Shown one piece after another: positions 1 through 13,633 of a stretch of DNA of 64,000 bases. Made by a program: the position numbers and the translations under genes. Source of the stretch: Octopus sinensis (taxonomy: Eukaryota); the NCBI RefSeq assembly GCF_006345805.1, contig NC_042997.1, forward strand, positions 202,120,001 to 202,184,000, given 5' to 3'. A model generated the notes under the pieces. The model made no database searches. It was not told the origin of the DNA and saw only the letters and a list, made by a program, of their open reading frames with translations. How positions within the stretch are numbered: the first letter of the stretch is position 1; each line of letters starts with the position of its first letter.

Positions 1-208
1 TATATATATATAATATATATATATACACTTACATATATGTACATACCTACATATATATGGATATATACATGCATATATGGGTACAGCACATCAAAAAAAC
101 CTGGACAGAATGAGAAACGAAAACATAAAAAACAAAAACATAGAAAACAAACTATTTTCGAACAACGAAAGAAACAAATAGAGAAATGAGGCAGGCAACA
201 TAAAGAGC

Positions 209-302
209 ATTCCCTTCATCAGTTGTGCCCTGTTTTATCTACTCTGTATAGAAGGTAAGGAACATGGAGTAGATAAAACAGGGGACAACTGATGAAGGGA
301 AT
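209..302. repeat. 36-bp inverted repeat (1 mismatch) with a 22-nt loop
   Basis: 209-244 versus 267-302. Confidence 0.9.
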
Positions 303-367
303 ATTCTTCTTACCACACAGCCACATATATTGTCAAATATACATTTCACATGTACTGGAATTTACAG

Positions 368-755
368 TGATGCCAGGTCAGATTGGAGACTGGTGCAGCC
401 TTCTGGCTCCCCGGCCCTCAGTCAAACCGTCCAACCCATGCCAGCATGGAAAGCAAACGTTAAAAGATGATGATGATAGGCTGTTGCATTGGGTGATATG
501 ATATGCTTGAGAAGACTTGTTGAATCAAGTAAAACCAAAATCGTAGCCAAGCCCACCTGACTGGCTCCTGTGCCGGTGACACATAGAAAGCACCCATTAC
601 ACTCTCGGAGTGATTGGCGTTAGGAAGGGCATCCAGTTGTAGAAACATTGCCAGATTAGATTGGAGCCCTGTACAGCCGCTGGCCTTCCAGACTTCAATC
701 AAACCATCCAACGCTTGCCAGCATGGAAAATGGATGTTAAACGACAACGACGATG
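368..755 (+). mobile_element. Two adjacent truncated RTE 3'-end copies (368-478 and 504-755)
   Basis: Both contain CCAACCCATGCCAGCATGGAAA- or CCAACGCTTGCCAGCATGGAAA-type tails ending in GAT/GAC repeats. Confidence 0.8.
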
Positions 756-1510
756 CCATGTTGCCCAGTATAGAATCATGGAGTATTGTACCTGTAAAAT
801 GTATTGTAATAGTTGCAAAGTGTCATATCCATAGCTGTAGAATGTAACGTAGAATATGGTTTGACCCACCCACCTCAAAAGTTGATTGACGTTAGTAGTC
901 AGAGAAAAAAAAAAAAAAAGGAAAAGTAAAATAGCAAAGACCGTGACATAAAAAGCAAGCATAAAATTTGTTGATGTAATCCTCATCCTGTTCTTAGTGG
1001 ATTGACAAATGGTAGTAAACGATGACTGTGACAGTGTAATATATTGTTTGATATAAAACACTCCAGACGTAGCAGCTTAAATGGATTTGTTGCCTTTAAC
1101 GTACTGTCTGGAAATAAACCTAGCAGACACATACACACGCACACACGCAATGGCTATGACATATTTTAACTTTCCCCGACTTGTGTTATGAATAATTTAA
1201 AATAAATCTTTCTTAAGTGTACTGTACTTAAAACACTGGAAATGCTATGCTGTTGGACACTTTTAGCTTTGACATGGTGCTAAAATCCAAGAAAAAGTCT
1301 TAGACTTTTGGTTAAGCTAAAAACTAAATTTGTCAAACATTAGGTGTGGCTGTGTGGTAAAAAGTATGCTTCCCAACCGCAGGGTTCCAATTTCAGTCCC
1401 ACTGCATGGCACCTTGGGCATGTGTCTTGGATTGACCAAAGCCTTATGAATGGATTTGGTAGATGGAAACTGAAGGAAGCCCATTGTGTATATACATATA
1501 TATATATATT

Positions 1511-1775
1511 GTTATGTCTGGAGAGAGTCATTTTCTTTTAGTGCCTTATAGTTTAACACACTTACCAATAAAATTTCCACTCATTTACTTATTTATTTTT
1601 CTAAAATTTTCGTTGCATCTTGTAACCTTTTCAATAGTTTAGACTCAAAACTATTGAAAAGGCTGCAAGATGCAATGAAAATTTTAGAAAAATAAAAAAA
1701 TAAATAAATGGAAATTTTACCGGTGAACGTGTTAAATTATAAGACACCAAAAGAGAATGACTCTCCAGACACAAC
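1511..1775. mobile_element. Fold-back MITE (about 125-bp arms, tiny loop) inserted in the TA tract of a SINE-A
   Basis: GTTATGTCTGGAGAGAGTCATT...TTCAATAGTTT-agactc-AAAACTATTGAA...AATGACTCTCCAGACACAAC. SINE-A head at 1342-1500 and tail at about 1840-2060. Confidence 0.8.
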
Positions 1776-2389
1776 AGAATATGCTTCAACACACAAACTC
1801 ACATAAAAAAATTTTGCAAACCAAATCCAAAAACGAAATGTGTGTGTGTGTATATGCTCAAGTGTATGTCTTTGTTCCCTACCACTACTTGTCAACCAAT
1901 GTTGGTGTGTTTATGTCTCTGTAACTTAGCAGTTTGGCAAAATAAACTAGTAGAATAAGTAGCAGGCTTACAAAAAACCAGGGTTTGATTTGGTCAGCTA
2001 AAAGTTCCTCAAAGCAGTGCCCCAGCATGGCTGCAGTCTAATGACTGAAACAAGCAAAAGAATAATTAAAAAAATTTTAAAAAAGGATACCAATGTACAT
2101 ATACACACACACAGACACAGAGTTTTGGGAAATAATCTGGGTCTCCACTGCACTACTTTACTCCAGTTGCTTTAGAGAATCAATGGTACCCAGGTGTAAA
2201 TATTTATTGCAAACAAATTCTGAAGAGTTTGTTAGGAAATCACATATGGAAATCAAATTCTAACTCAATCTCTGGGGAGGATAATTTACTGTGTTGTCCA
2301 TGTGATACAAATACTAAATCTTTTACAATTTGTCTGGTTAGACTCCAGTGTTTTATTCATAGGAGAAATGGGTGTGGATGTTCAGTTGT

Positions 2390-2515
2390 ATTTGTCATCT
2401 TCATCGTCACCATCATCAATATCATCGTCATCAGCTTTATTATCATTTTCATCATCGTCGTCATTATCATCATCATCATTGTCACTGTCATCATCATCAT
2501 CACCGTCATCATTAT
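2390..2515. repeat. Degenerate (CAT)n microsatellite
   Basis: Direct reading; explains the overlapping poly-S/I/H/M ORFs. Confidence 0.9.
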
Positions 2516-4189
2516 CGTTTTATGTCTGTTTTTATTTTTCATCCCTGCATGTGTTGGATGAGACTTATTGAGACGGATTTCCATAGCTGGGTTCTCTTTC
2601 TGTTACTAATCCTTGTTTTGCAGCTAAACTGTTTCTATTCCGCAAGTCTTCACATATCAGAGCCTATAAGGTAGGAGACATAATATTTACTGCAAATGTA
2701 AATAAGGGTCACTGTTTGAGCACAAACAGTGACAATATGAAAAACTAAATATTAACACACACACACACATACACACAAGGTGGGGATTTTTTTACAAATT
2801 TCATTTACGCAGCATTGGTTGGCAAGAGGCTTCACTTGAAGACAGTTGCACAAGATATCATGGTATGCTGTGGGATTGAAACTGGAACCGTGTTGTTGTG
2901 AAGCAAGTTTTGCAACCACACACCACACACACAAACACAAGTACACATATGCATATCCTTAAATTTACAAACCATATTCAATCAACTCCCTTTATACAGC
3001 ATGATCATAAACAAACATATCTTTATTAAAACAAAGAACGGAGGTTCCTTTCTTTTTTTCTTTTTTATTTCCTTTTTTTTTTTTGAAAAAACACAGGAAT
3101 TCATCTCTGCTCACTTTCTATTATCTAATTGTTGAGAAGTTATCTTTTTATGGCACTTGAGAATTCTTTTATAATTCGATTGTCTACAATAGAATGAATG
3201 ATATCTTTGTTTCTGTTGCCTTACACAAAAATAACTGCAATTTATCATTTCACTCTCCTTTGATATTAGATAATTTGATAGACATTTCAATGCAAAAATA
3301 GATTTTTCAATGACCTGGAACTGTACATTAAGACATTCACTAGTTTTTCTAGAAGATTCTTTGGCTACTGTCCCAGTTATAAATCTACAAACTTAACAAG
3401 TGAAAGTAGTTCCGACAATGTGCTTTTTCTTATATCCATGGTACCACAAAGGAAACCATTGAATGGTTTCATGTCAAACTACACAAACCACTGAAAGACA
3501 TCAATGCTTTATATATATATATGAGCATGTACATGTATGTGTGTTTGTGTATATATCAATGTGCATAGGTATTTATGTATATATGTGTATACAAATATGT
3601 ATGGATGTATATAGAGTACAACTTGATGTAGGAAATGGTATTTGAATTAGAATAGCTTGTAAGATGTCTAAAAAGGAAAGGAAAAAAAGAGGAAACTATT
3701 TTTAATAAATTAGTTCATTGACGAAGAAGAAAGCTTAAATTTGACTGCCTATTGTTTGTTAGTCCTGTTCTTCTCTATTTGAGCAGAACTGATAACACCA
3801 AGGTAGACAATTGAATGCCAAGGAACTAACCATATATCTTCGAGTTCTGTGTCTGGTCTAAGACTTGTAATACATTCTGTCTGTCGGGAAAAGAGATCAA
3901 TGTCTGGACATGGAATGTTGTGTGGGGTTTCAGTCTTAGCAGCAACAAGAGCATATTGTGCTCTACACCAGAATAATCTTGTTGTAGCAACCAGAATATA
4001 CAGTGATGCATAATGATATAGCAGAAAAGACTGTGTTGTGAGGTACCTTGCTGTAACAACCATAGCATATTTTGGGGTACCTTGTAGCAATTAGGGCATG
4101 TAGTGGTGTGTATTATGACAGAAAAAGAATATTGTTGGGTACCTTGCTGTATCATAAAGAGCATATTGCATTTATCTTAAAATATTGCA

Positions 4190-4585
4190 TAGTGGATGTA
4201 TGGTAAATAGCTTGCTTACCAACCACATGATTCCGGATTCAGTTCCACTATGTGGCACCTTGGGCAAGTGTCTTCTACTATAGCCTTGGGCCAACCAAAG
4301 CCTTGTGAGTGGATTTGGTAGACAGAAACTGAAAGAAGCCCGTCGTATATATATATATATATGTGTGTGTATGTTTATGTGTTGGTGTTTGTCCCCACCA
4401 CCATCGCTTGACAACCGATGCTGGTGTGTTTACGTCCCTGTAACTTAGCGGTTCGGCAAAAGAGACCTATAGAATAAGTATTAGGCTTACAAAGAATAAG
4501 TCCTGGGGTCAATTTTCTCGGCTAAAAGGCGGTGCTCCAGCATGGCCACAGTCAAATGACTGAAACAAGTAAAAGAAAGAGAAAA
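4190..4585 (+). mobile_element. SINE-A, tRNA-headed CORE-like SINE (octopus OR-type by recollection), near full length
   Basis: Head with degenerate A/B boxes, GGCACCTTGGGCAAGTGTCTT CORE-like block, (TA/TG)n centre, and tail ..CCAGCATGGCCACAGTCAAATGACTGAAACAAGTAAAAG. More than 12 further copies occur in the window. Confidence 0.8.
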
Positions 4586-7500
4586 GGGAGTATATGTTGA
4601 AGTCATTGTTTAGCCCCAGGTCAACTTTTATCTTAAAAGATCCTTGATCAAAAGCTCTCAAACCATGGCCCATCCTGTCTTTCTAGAAGGTTTGTAAGAC
4701 CACATTATCTAATATATTCTTTCTTATTTAAATTGTTTGGGATTTGATTTGAGGAAGGCTTGGCTTCTATTTTTAGCAGTTTGAGTGATGGCACTGCAGA
4801 CTCCATCATTGGTTCAAGTCTATTCATGCATGAATTGTAATTTAGTTGAATTAACAGTATGATAATAACCTATTTAAGTGGTGAATCTAATTGGAAACCA
4901 AGATTAAAATATTGAAAGCCTATGTATTAAAAACGCAAAGAATTTATAACCCAATAATGGTATTTTGAATATCTTTCTCCAAATTAGGATATAAAAGAAA
5001 TTATTTAGTCATTAGAATTATTGATAAGATTGGGGATGAAATATCAAACAAGTTTATTATCATTTAAAGTGTAGTGACTTTTACATATTAATTTAGACAA
5101 CAATATTAATTAGAATAATCTTTGAACTGATGTCTTTGAATTAAGATTTCTTAAAAAGAAGAAAGCTGAAATAATAATTTCTAAGACAGTCATCACAGTG
5201 CTAATTTTTTGATAGGAATGGTGGGAAGGGGTGATTTAACTGACCTTAGATTCAGTCTCACTGCACAGTACCTTGGGCAAGTGTCATTTACTACAACCCC
5301 AGGCTGACTAATACCCTGTGAATTTAGTAGGTGAAAACTGTGCAGAACCCAGTTTATGTATGTGAGTGAGTGTGTATTATGTTTACGTCTTGCACACTTT
5401 GCATGAAAATGCACTGAGCTACAAGTGATAAAGTTTGTCATCTCTCAGTCAACAAATAATCAACTGGTTCTGTACTTTCAAAAATGAGTGGAGTAAAGTA
5501 TCCCTGACTAAGAAAAAAAAAAAGTAAAGGTTAGCAACAGGGAAGGTACCCTCGTGGGGTTTGAACTCAGAATGTAAAGAGCTGGAGTGAACATATAGTA
5601 TTTTTACTAAAACTCTAATTTTACTAAAATTTTAGTTCTTCTAAAAATAATGGGTAAGTTAAATGGCAGTGTTTCGGTGTCAGTGACAGCATCATTTTCT
5701 CTATCTCTTTCTCTTTCAGGCAGAAGTCCCAGTATAAAACTTTAGATTCTGTACTTTCTTGTGGCCATTGAACTTAACAAACTCCCTCCCTATCGGTTAA
5801 TTACTGCCAACACAAACTAGAACTGGTTTCCTAAAATTCCACTTATTATCACATCTAATATCTAGGATAAAATATTTAGCAGTTTTTCTTTTTTTTTTTT
5901 TTATTAATGTTTTAGGTTTAGAAATTTGAGATCAAGTGGTACTTGCTATTTTCAGATTGATTTATTAACTATATACAATATTTGAAATTTGCTTTTTTTT
6001 TAAATACTGGATAAATTTGGAAGTAATTACCACTTCTATTTTTATCACTATGTATTTCATCAATGCTTTTAATGCCCAAGCTTGGGTCAACAGTCATTAA
6101 ATAGATTATTTTCAATTATATGTATAAATATATGTGTGTGTGTGTATTAGTGCGTACTCACTCGAACTTTTATTAAACTGCTTTTGGCTAATACATACTA
6201 ACATCCTTATGTCTCCCACCTCACTTCCTTTATATATTATCCTCTTCAAAATAAATTGAAGGATTTTCTGAAATTTATGTAATTACAATTTTAATCATTC
6301 AATACAAAATGTTCAATTAGATATATATGCTGCTCCGTGTGTGTCTATGTATGTATATATATATATATATGTGTGTGTGTCTGTGTCCACTTATTTGTTT
6401 GTGTGTCTCTGTTCAGCTGCATGCTTATAATTCTTGAAAACTTCAATCTCTGAATGTTAGTAATTAGAGACAAAAATCCACTTGAACCTGTTGATTGACT
6501 TCACATTCTTACTTTGAAGAATCTTCCTATCTTTGTTTGGAATCTCCAAACGAAGACAATTTAATGATTAAGGAGGGTTTGTGTGTGCTTCAGTTTTGTT
6601 AACTGCTCCATTTTTCTTTTTCTAGTCTTTTTTTTTATGGCAATCAAAACCTAAGAAGTAATAATCTTAATAAATCTGTGATAAAAATCTCAAAATTTAA
6701 CTTTGCTTAGAAATATAATTTAAAATTAAATTAAATTGCAGATTTCTGTTTGTTCATTTATTAGAAAAAATTAAAATTAGTACTCCTTTATAGAAGTTTA
6801 CTTTGTATAAGTAGTAGTAGTAGTAGTAGTAAGAGGAGGGGTAATAATTAACCCTATATAAGGGACAAGAGAAAACAATGATGGTAATTTTTGTCTTCTC
6901 AGCTTATTGCTCACCTTCCCAGTATTCACTTCCATCCTTAACACACTCTCTTCTATTTGCCATCACAAATCCTATTATCTCATATTTTATCTCATTTCTT
7001 ATTTTTCCTTCCGTACATCTTACCCAAAACTGCTTGAGGTTTTTTTTGTTCTTTATTTTTTGTGTGAGTGTTTCCCTATTAATCTTTATATGTAGGAAGA
7101 ACAAAGAAATGTGAGTTATGTATTTCCACTCAGTGCATTAAGGGCAGAGTATTAGAGTACTAATGTTGTTAAGAAATTCATTTTGCCCTTCATATGGTTT
7201 TTAGGTTCACTCCCACTGTGCCACACCTGTGGCATCTTCTAATATAGCCCAGCATTGGCAATGCATTGTGAATGAATTTGATTGACAAAAATTGTAGAAG
7301 TCTATTGTTTGTGTATCTGTGTTGGATTGTAAGGTAAAGTTGGAAAAGGCTTGGAAGGATTGGCTATGTAGATCCAACAGAATAAAACAGGTATCAAAGG
7401 GGTGCATAGTCAAAGAATGATGGTAAACCACTGCTCTCAAATAAACTATAAAACATTTTTCCCATGTCATTATAAAAAGAAAAAAAAAGCATTGAAGGTG

Positions 7501-8406
7501 GGCATTGGAGTCTGTGTCCTCCAAAGTGACAAGATGGTCATGGTTGAACTCAAATCCTCCTGTAAACTACTTTACCTTTCATTCCTCTAGAAATGGTAAA
7601 AATGAAGCTGCAGTGAAACACTGAGGTTACTTTAGTTCTGTAAAGCATTGTACATGTGAATGGAAGTCTAATAGAAGACTAAGGTATTTATAGATTTGAA
7701 AATATGTTATACCATTTAACAATGGCATTAATAATTACCATCTGTAGAATGCCAAACATTTACCATGAGTAATTGTTATGGTTTGCATAGTTGCTTCCTC
7801 AGATTAAAAAGGTAATATGTCCTGTGAGTATATCCCCTCCCTTCAGATTAACAAAAAAAAAGCATTCTTTGACATAAGCTTTTACAATAGCAGTTTTGTG
7901 TGTATTTTAGTTGTTTTTTTTTTAGTTTTGTTTTTTTTCCTTTTCCATTCATTGGAATTCTTTCTTTGTAATTCTCTTTTAAATTTTACTCCTTGTAATG
8001 TCTGAGCATTTTTCTAGTGCATCTCTACCCTTAATTTCCTTTCTTGTTCAATGCACCCTAACCTTCCCTAACAACTTTGATTTAATTACCTTATTGACAA
8101 TGACTTAGTGAAGACTTGTTTAGTAGGAAACCCGTTAAGCAGCAGCAGCCATCAAATTATTCTCACCATTATTGAAGAAAATAGAATATTGATGCTGTTG
8201 ATGATGATGATGATGGTGGTGGAGGTGGCAACAGTGGTGTTGACAGCAACAGTAGGTGTGTCATGTCAAAGCAAGCATTTGAAGAACGCCTTTATCTAGT
8301 TTCTGAGGAATAATTATTCAGTTCTTTTCTGTTTTTCTTTTTCAAATGTAACCCCCTTAAATAAACCTTCTAACCCTCCATACCTACTTTAGTTGTCCCC
8401 TTTTCT

Positions 8407-8440
<34 letters not shown>

Positions 8441-9477
8441 CTATTAACTCACTGTTCCACTCCCTCCTCTCCATGCCAACATAACCGGCATTGAATGTTC
8501 CTACTGCTTCTACTTTCACTTCTGCAAGTAACTGTTAATTCCTTCAATTCAATTAGTTTGTGTTTTATTTTCAAACATTTTTGGCAACAGTTAAACACAA
8601 TTAACGATGCTAAGTCTATATGAAAATATTTTGGCTTCTTAACAAATATTAATGACGTAGCAGTATTCTTGGTTACATTATCTTTATGATGTTTATTGAT
8701 CACTTCCAATTAATAGTAGATTAATATTACTGTTAACTATCAAGGCGGCAAGCTGGCAGAACCATTAGCACACTGGGAAAAGTGACTAGCAGCATTTCGT
8801 CTGTCTTCACGTTCTGAGTTCAAATTTCACCAAAGTTGTCTTTGCCTTTCATCCTTTCAGGGTTGATAAAATAAATGCTATTCGAGTATTGGGGTAAAAG
8901 TAATTGACTTAGCCCCCCCCCCCCACCTCAAAAACTGCCAGCTTTGTTCCAAAAATTTGAAATCGATATTACTGTTAATTACAGAGTATTCTTAACCCTA
9001 ACCTTTTTAGTTTCATCATCGTCATCATGCAACGTTGACTTTTCCACGCTTCAAAGGATCAGACAAATTTTTTCGAGGTAGATTTTCTACAGCTGGATGC
9101 ATTTCCTGTCACCAATCCTCCCCTGTTACCAAGCAAGCTAATATTTTCCCATGGCTGAACATGTTTTCCATGGAAAACAGGAAATGAACAACATCACTTG
9201 TATCATAGTGATGCTCACTCACAACCATCAAATGATATCAAGACACGGTTACACACAAACATATATGCATACATACACATGATGGGCTTCTTTCAAATGC
9301 CATCTACCAAATCCACTCACAAGGCTTTGGTAGGCCTGGAGCTATAGTATCCTATTATATAGAGATATTATTATAGAGATTGTTTTCTTTCTGATCTCAT
9401 CCACATTCAGTTTCTCTTTTAGCTGAAATGGTTTTGTAATTTCCTATTAAACTGTATGTGTCCTTCCTTTATTGCAG

Positions 9478-9521
9478 GCATGTTAGCTCACCTGACCACA
9501 AGGGAACCTTAATCTACCACA
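9478..9521 (+). other. Candidate 44-nt internal exon (HVSSPDHKGTLIYH)
   Basis: tccttcctttattgcag | exon | gtaagt; only one frame is open. No homology recognised. Confidence 0.25.
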
Positions 9522-10258
9522 GTAAGTACCTTTTGTTTTGTTTTGCTGTTTTTCTTTAACATATGTGAAGGTGCATGTCCTAGTGGTTAGATCATTGCAC
9601 TCACTCATTGCTGGATCATGGGTTCAATTTCCAGTCCAGGTGGTATATTGTGTTCTCGGGCAAAACACTTCATTTCGTGTTGTTACAGTTCACTCATCTG
9701 TAGATGGACAACCTTACAACTGGCCAGCCAGAGGAAATGCTGGGCTGCTCACCAGGCCAGTGGGTTGGCATAATTCAAAAGCTAAAACAATGTGAAGTGC
9801 ATTATGATTGGCAATGTATAACAACATCCGATAGTGTGGCTGATACCATAATTGTTTTAGCTTTGGTCAGCAAGTTCCATCTGTATGCATTTTGTCTCAC
9901 TCTTTGGGCTGTGGCCATAATGGGGCATCTACCCCAGTAGCTATTTTTTAAGTTTGGTACTTATTCTATCAATGCTTTTTACTGAACTGCTAAGTTATGG
10001 GCTCATAAATGAACCAACACCTGTTATCAAACAGTGGGCAGACACACACACACCAGGGTTCCACACAGTTTCCATCAACCAAATTCACACACAAAGTATT
10101 GGAGCATTTGTCTATGAAGGAGTCCCTAATCTGTATACTGAAAGTGTTTAACACACTATAAATACCAGCGGCCTGTCAACGGGGATATTAGTCCACACAG
10201 TGTAATGGTATGATATAATATATGTCACATGTGGTATAATTATAAATGGCAAATTTTA

Positions 10259-10505
10259 GCCATCATCATCATCATCATCATTTAATGTCCGCTTTCCATG
10301 CTGGTATGGGTTGGACGGTTTGACTGAGAACTAGCAAGCCAGGAGGCTGCACCAGGCTCCAGTCTGATTTGGCAAGTTTTCTTCAGCTGGATGCCCTTCC
10401 TAAAGCCAACCACTCCGAGAGTAAATGGTGCTTTTTACATGCCACTGGCATGAGAACCAGTCAGGCGGCACTGGCAACGATCACAATCAAATGGTGCAGT
10501 CAGAA
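10259..10505 (-). mobile_element. RTE 3'-end copy
   Basis: (CAT)n TTTAATGTCCGCTTTCCATGCTGGTATGGGTTGGACGG...GGATGCCCTTCCTAA, the reverse complement of the family tail. Confidence 0.8.
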
Positions 10506-10745
10506 TTTTGAATACTCCTTTATTAACACTTTTGTTTGTTAACGAACTCCTCTTAACAAGTTCATAAATAAACAAAAGCACTAATAAAGAATTATCCAAA
10601 ATTCTGACTGCCTCCTTTTTCTCAATATACAATATTTGTACACTACTTCAAACACTTTATACATATATATATTTTCAAAATGTAACTACATGTGGCGATC
10701 TTTTTCCTCCGTCTTCCTTTTCTCTTGGACTTTCCTTTGTTTCCT

Positions 10746-10780
10746 GTTTCTGAAGAAGAACATTGCTTGAAACATAAAAC
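10746..10780 (+). ncRNA. Degenerate minimal hammerhead-like motif within a short repeat (about 10681-10870)
   Basis: gttt-CTGAAGA-a-gaac-att-gctt-GAAA-CAT-A-aaac, with stem I gttt/aaac. Confidence 0.5.
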
Positions 10781-11498
10781 CACCTTTCTTTCCTTCCCTA
10801 ATACTTTGCATGTACCACATCTTCACGTTGTTTTTCTTGTATTTCTCATTCCTGTTTTTTGGGATTTTATGTACGTTTGTGTGTGAGAGAGAGAGAGAGA
10901 AAAGGTAAGTTCAAAAAGAACAATTCAAACTTTTTAGGGGATCCAAAAAGAGAGAAAAGGTAATTTCTAATAAGGATTCATCATATTCATGAAAATCAGC
11001 CAAAATAGGTAATATGAATATGAAAATAATATTTGAGGAGATTCGTTTTAGGTATAAAAATATACCATAAACAAGTATAAAAAGAAATGGAGAGAAGATG
11101 TGGAAACAGAAATAGATTTCTTATAAAACTGGATTCAATGCATACGTACGTTTTGAAAAACAATGCTAAAATGTAAGAAAAAATTTAAATTATAGTGATT
11201 ATAATTATAATTGAAAATAAAAAATTAAAATTTAGAATAAAAATAGAAGTTTAAAATTTAATTTATGCATTGTCATTCTCACCAGTGAGGAATCTTTTGA
11301 AGGACATCAAAAAAGTTTAATAAGATGAAGTAAAATGAGATAAAAATAAAATAAAATAAAAATAAGATACAATAAGAGAACACAGATGGGGTAGTAAGGG
11401 AAATCGGGTAATTTACAAACCAAGTTGTGAACGGGAGAAATAATATCAACAATGATAATGGTGAGAGAGACGAAAAAGAAAAATAGAGAGAGAGAGAT

Positions 11499-11543
<45 letters not shown>

Positions 11544-12129
11544 TACATATGATGAGCTTCTTCCAGTTGTAGTCTACCAAATCCACTTCAAGTTTTCTTA
11601 TTGGGTTTATAATTGTTCTTGTCAGTCTAAGGCTATGGTAGAAGACCACTTGCTCAAGGTGCTATACAGTAGGACTGAACCTTGAACCATGATGTTGCAA
11701 AGCAAACGTTTTATACAGCCACAACTAGGCCAGTTTTATATCCATAGAATATTTGTGTTTTTTTACATTTTTCTCTTTAATGAATTGCTCGGCTTTTATT
11801 AAGAGTAAAACATTGCTTTTGGAGGTGAATGACATTACAATACATTTAATCCATTTAAGAAGTTTTATATGCACACTAGTAAAGTCTTCTGTATATTAAT
11901 TGTCTAGCTGGAAACTTATAGTTCTTGCTTGTATCCATTGAATAAATTATCTGGTGGGGTGGGAGTGAAAAAGAAGCCACAGATTTGGTTAACTGTCATT
12001 CCAGGAGGAAGATGGACAAGAAAATATGAAAATAAAGTGGAGAAAACCAAATGAAATTACTGTCAGACAGTATTACATCTGTGTGTAGTTATTTGTGTTC
12101 TGATTGAATGTGTATGTGAATATATGTAT

Positions 12130-12142
12130 ATGCATGCCTGTA

Positions 12143-12189
<47 letters not shown>

Positions 12190-12410
12190 TCACATACATA
12201 TACACACACATACATATAAATACACAATATATATATGTGTATATATATATATATATACATATAGATATATGTGTATGTATATATGTATAGGTGTATGTAT
12301 GTGTATATGTATACACATATATATGTGTGTATATATATGTGTGTGAATGTATATATATATATGTATATATATGTGTGTGTGTATATATATAATATATGCA
12401 TACATATGTA
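12130..12410. repeat. Compound (TA/TG/CA)n microsatellite
   Basis: Direct reading. Similar tracts at 1-70, 15610-15710, 33655-33720, 33935-34085, 53945-54140 and 61821-61893. Confidence 0.95.
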
Positions 12411-13281
12411 CCTCATCATGCAACAATGATAGGTACTCAATGGCAGTAGTACCATGACAAATGGCAAACTTTTTTTTTTTATATATATATAGATGTCAGC
12501 ATTGAAAGACTGGCAGTTTGTAAACATTTGTAGCATTAATTGGGCTATGGAACATTTCGTTGGTAACTTGATTGTGGCAGAATGTAGGCAGAGAAACATG
12601 TTGAGAAAGACAGACAAAAAAAAATTACTATCTCAGCGACGAAGCCAAATTTTATGAACATATTTTACCACAGAGGAAATACATTTATATTAAACCAATT
12701 TAGTTAAAAAGAGCAGCTCTGTCTTAAGAAATTTCTAATGGAAAATACCAAGTCTGCTTATTTTGAAATAAGTACATTATTTTCCACTAGCAAGATTATC
12801 TATTTGATATTGTTATTGAGTTTATTGTTGTTCTTGTTATTTTTGTTATTTTGTTGTTGTTATTCAATATAAAAAGAAAACAGCAAAAATATGTGTAAGA
12901 AATAAACGAACAATTCCGAGATATTCTCCAATACTAAAACCAAATTTATTGGCAGCAGTTACAACAAATATGTGTTTGACATAGGTGTTATATAGCTTTG
13001 ATTTAAAGAATAACACATTTTCTGTACTAACACACACAAAAAAAAAAAGAAGAAAATTCTGGTTTATATTAAAGAAAAACAGATGCTCTTAAATCACTTC
13101 CTACACAACAATGGAACTGTAAAGTTTTAAGACAATTCACTGAAATAGGAAATTATTACTATCTTCATCTTTATTTTAACGTCCATTTTTCCTTGCATGC
13201 AAGGGTCAGACAGAATTTTGTTGAGGTGGATTTTCTATGACCAGTTGCCCTTCCTAACACCAACCCTCACCTACATCTAAA

Positions 13282-13633
13282 TCTCTCTATATATAAACGG
13301 CAAAATGTCTGTGTGCATGTCCTTTATACAAATCCACAATTTTTCAGTTAGAGGGCTCGTACTTTCTATGGTCGTTCAAAACCGTCCAAGGGTGGTCGTG
13401 CGCATCTTTACATTTCCCCAGTCACCCCGCAAAGCCATTAAAAAATCAATAGAAGTGACTTTTTTTGTGAATTTTCTATCCAAAACCCAATCAAAATGCC
13501 CGAAACTTGATACGCCAATTGAATGCCAGCTAGCTGTATGTGATTGGTCAGAGATTTGGACAGTACTCGCATGTATGTGCGCATGCATGCAGCTGTATAT
13601 GCATGCACTAGCACTATGACCCGGCAACGCTAG
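13282..13633 (+). mobile_element. Non-autonomous Helitron inserted in a SINE fragment
   Basis: Starts TC(TCTCTATATATAAA) after an A and ends CCCGGCAACG-CTAG before a T, with no TSD. The host repeat (..ACCAACCCTCACCT | TAAGGTAATATTTCC..) rejoins across it, as in the intact copy near 9110. Confidence 0.72.

Noticed and set aside
3940-4150. Repeated GGTACCTTG motifs
   Set aside because: A short degenerate minisatellite with no further structure.
8186-8313. Protein-like frame IDAVDDDDDGGGGG..CVMSKQAFEERLYL
   Set aside because: An in-frame stop lies just upstream, there is no good acceptor, and simple repeats drive the sequence.
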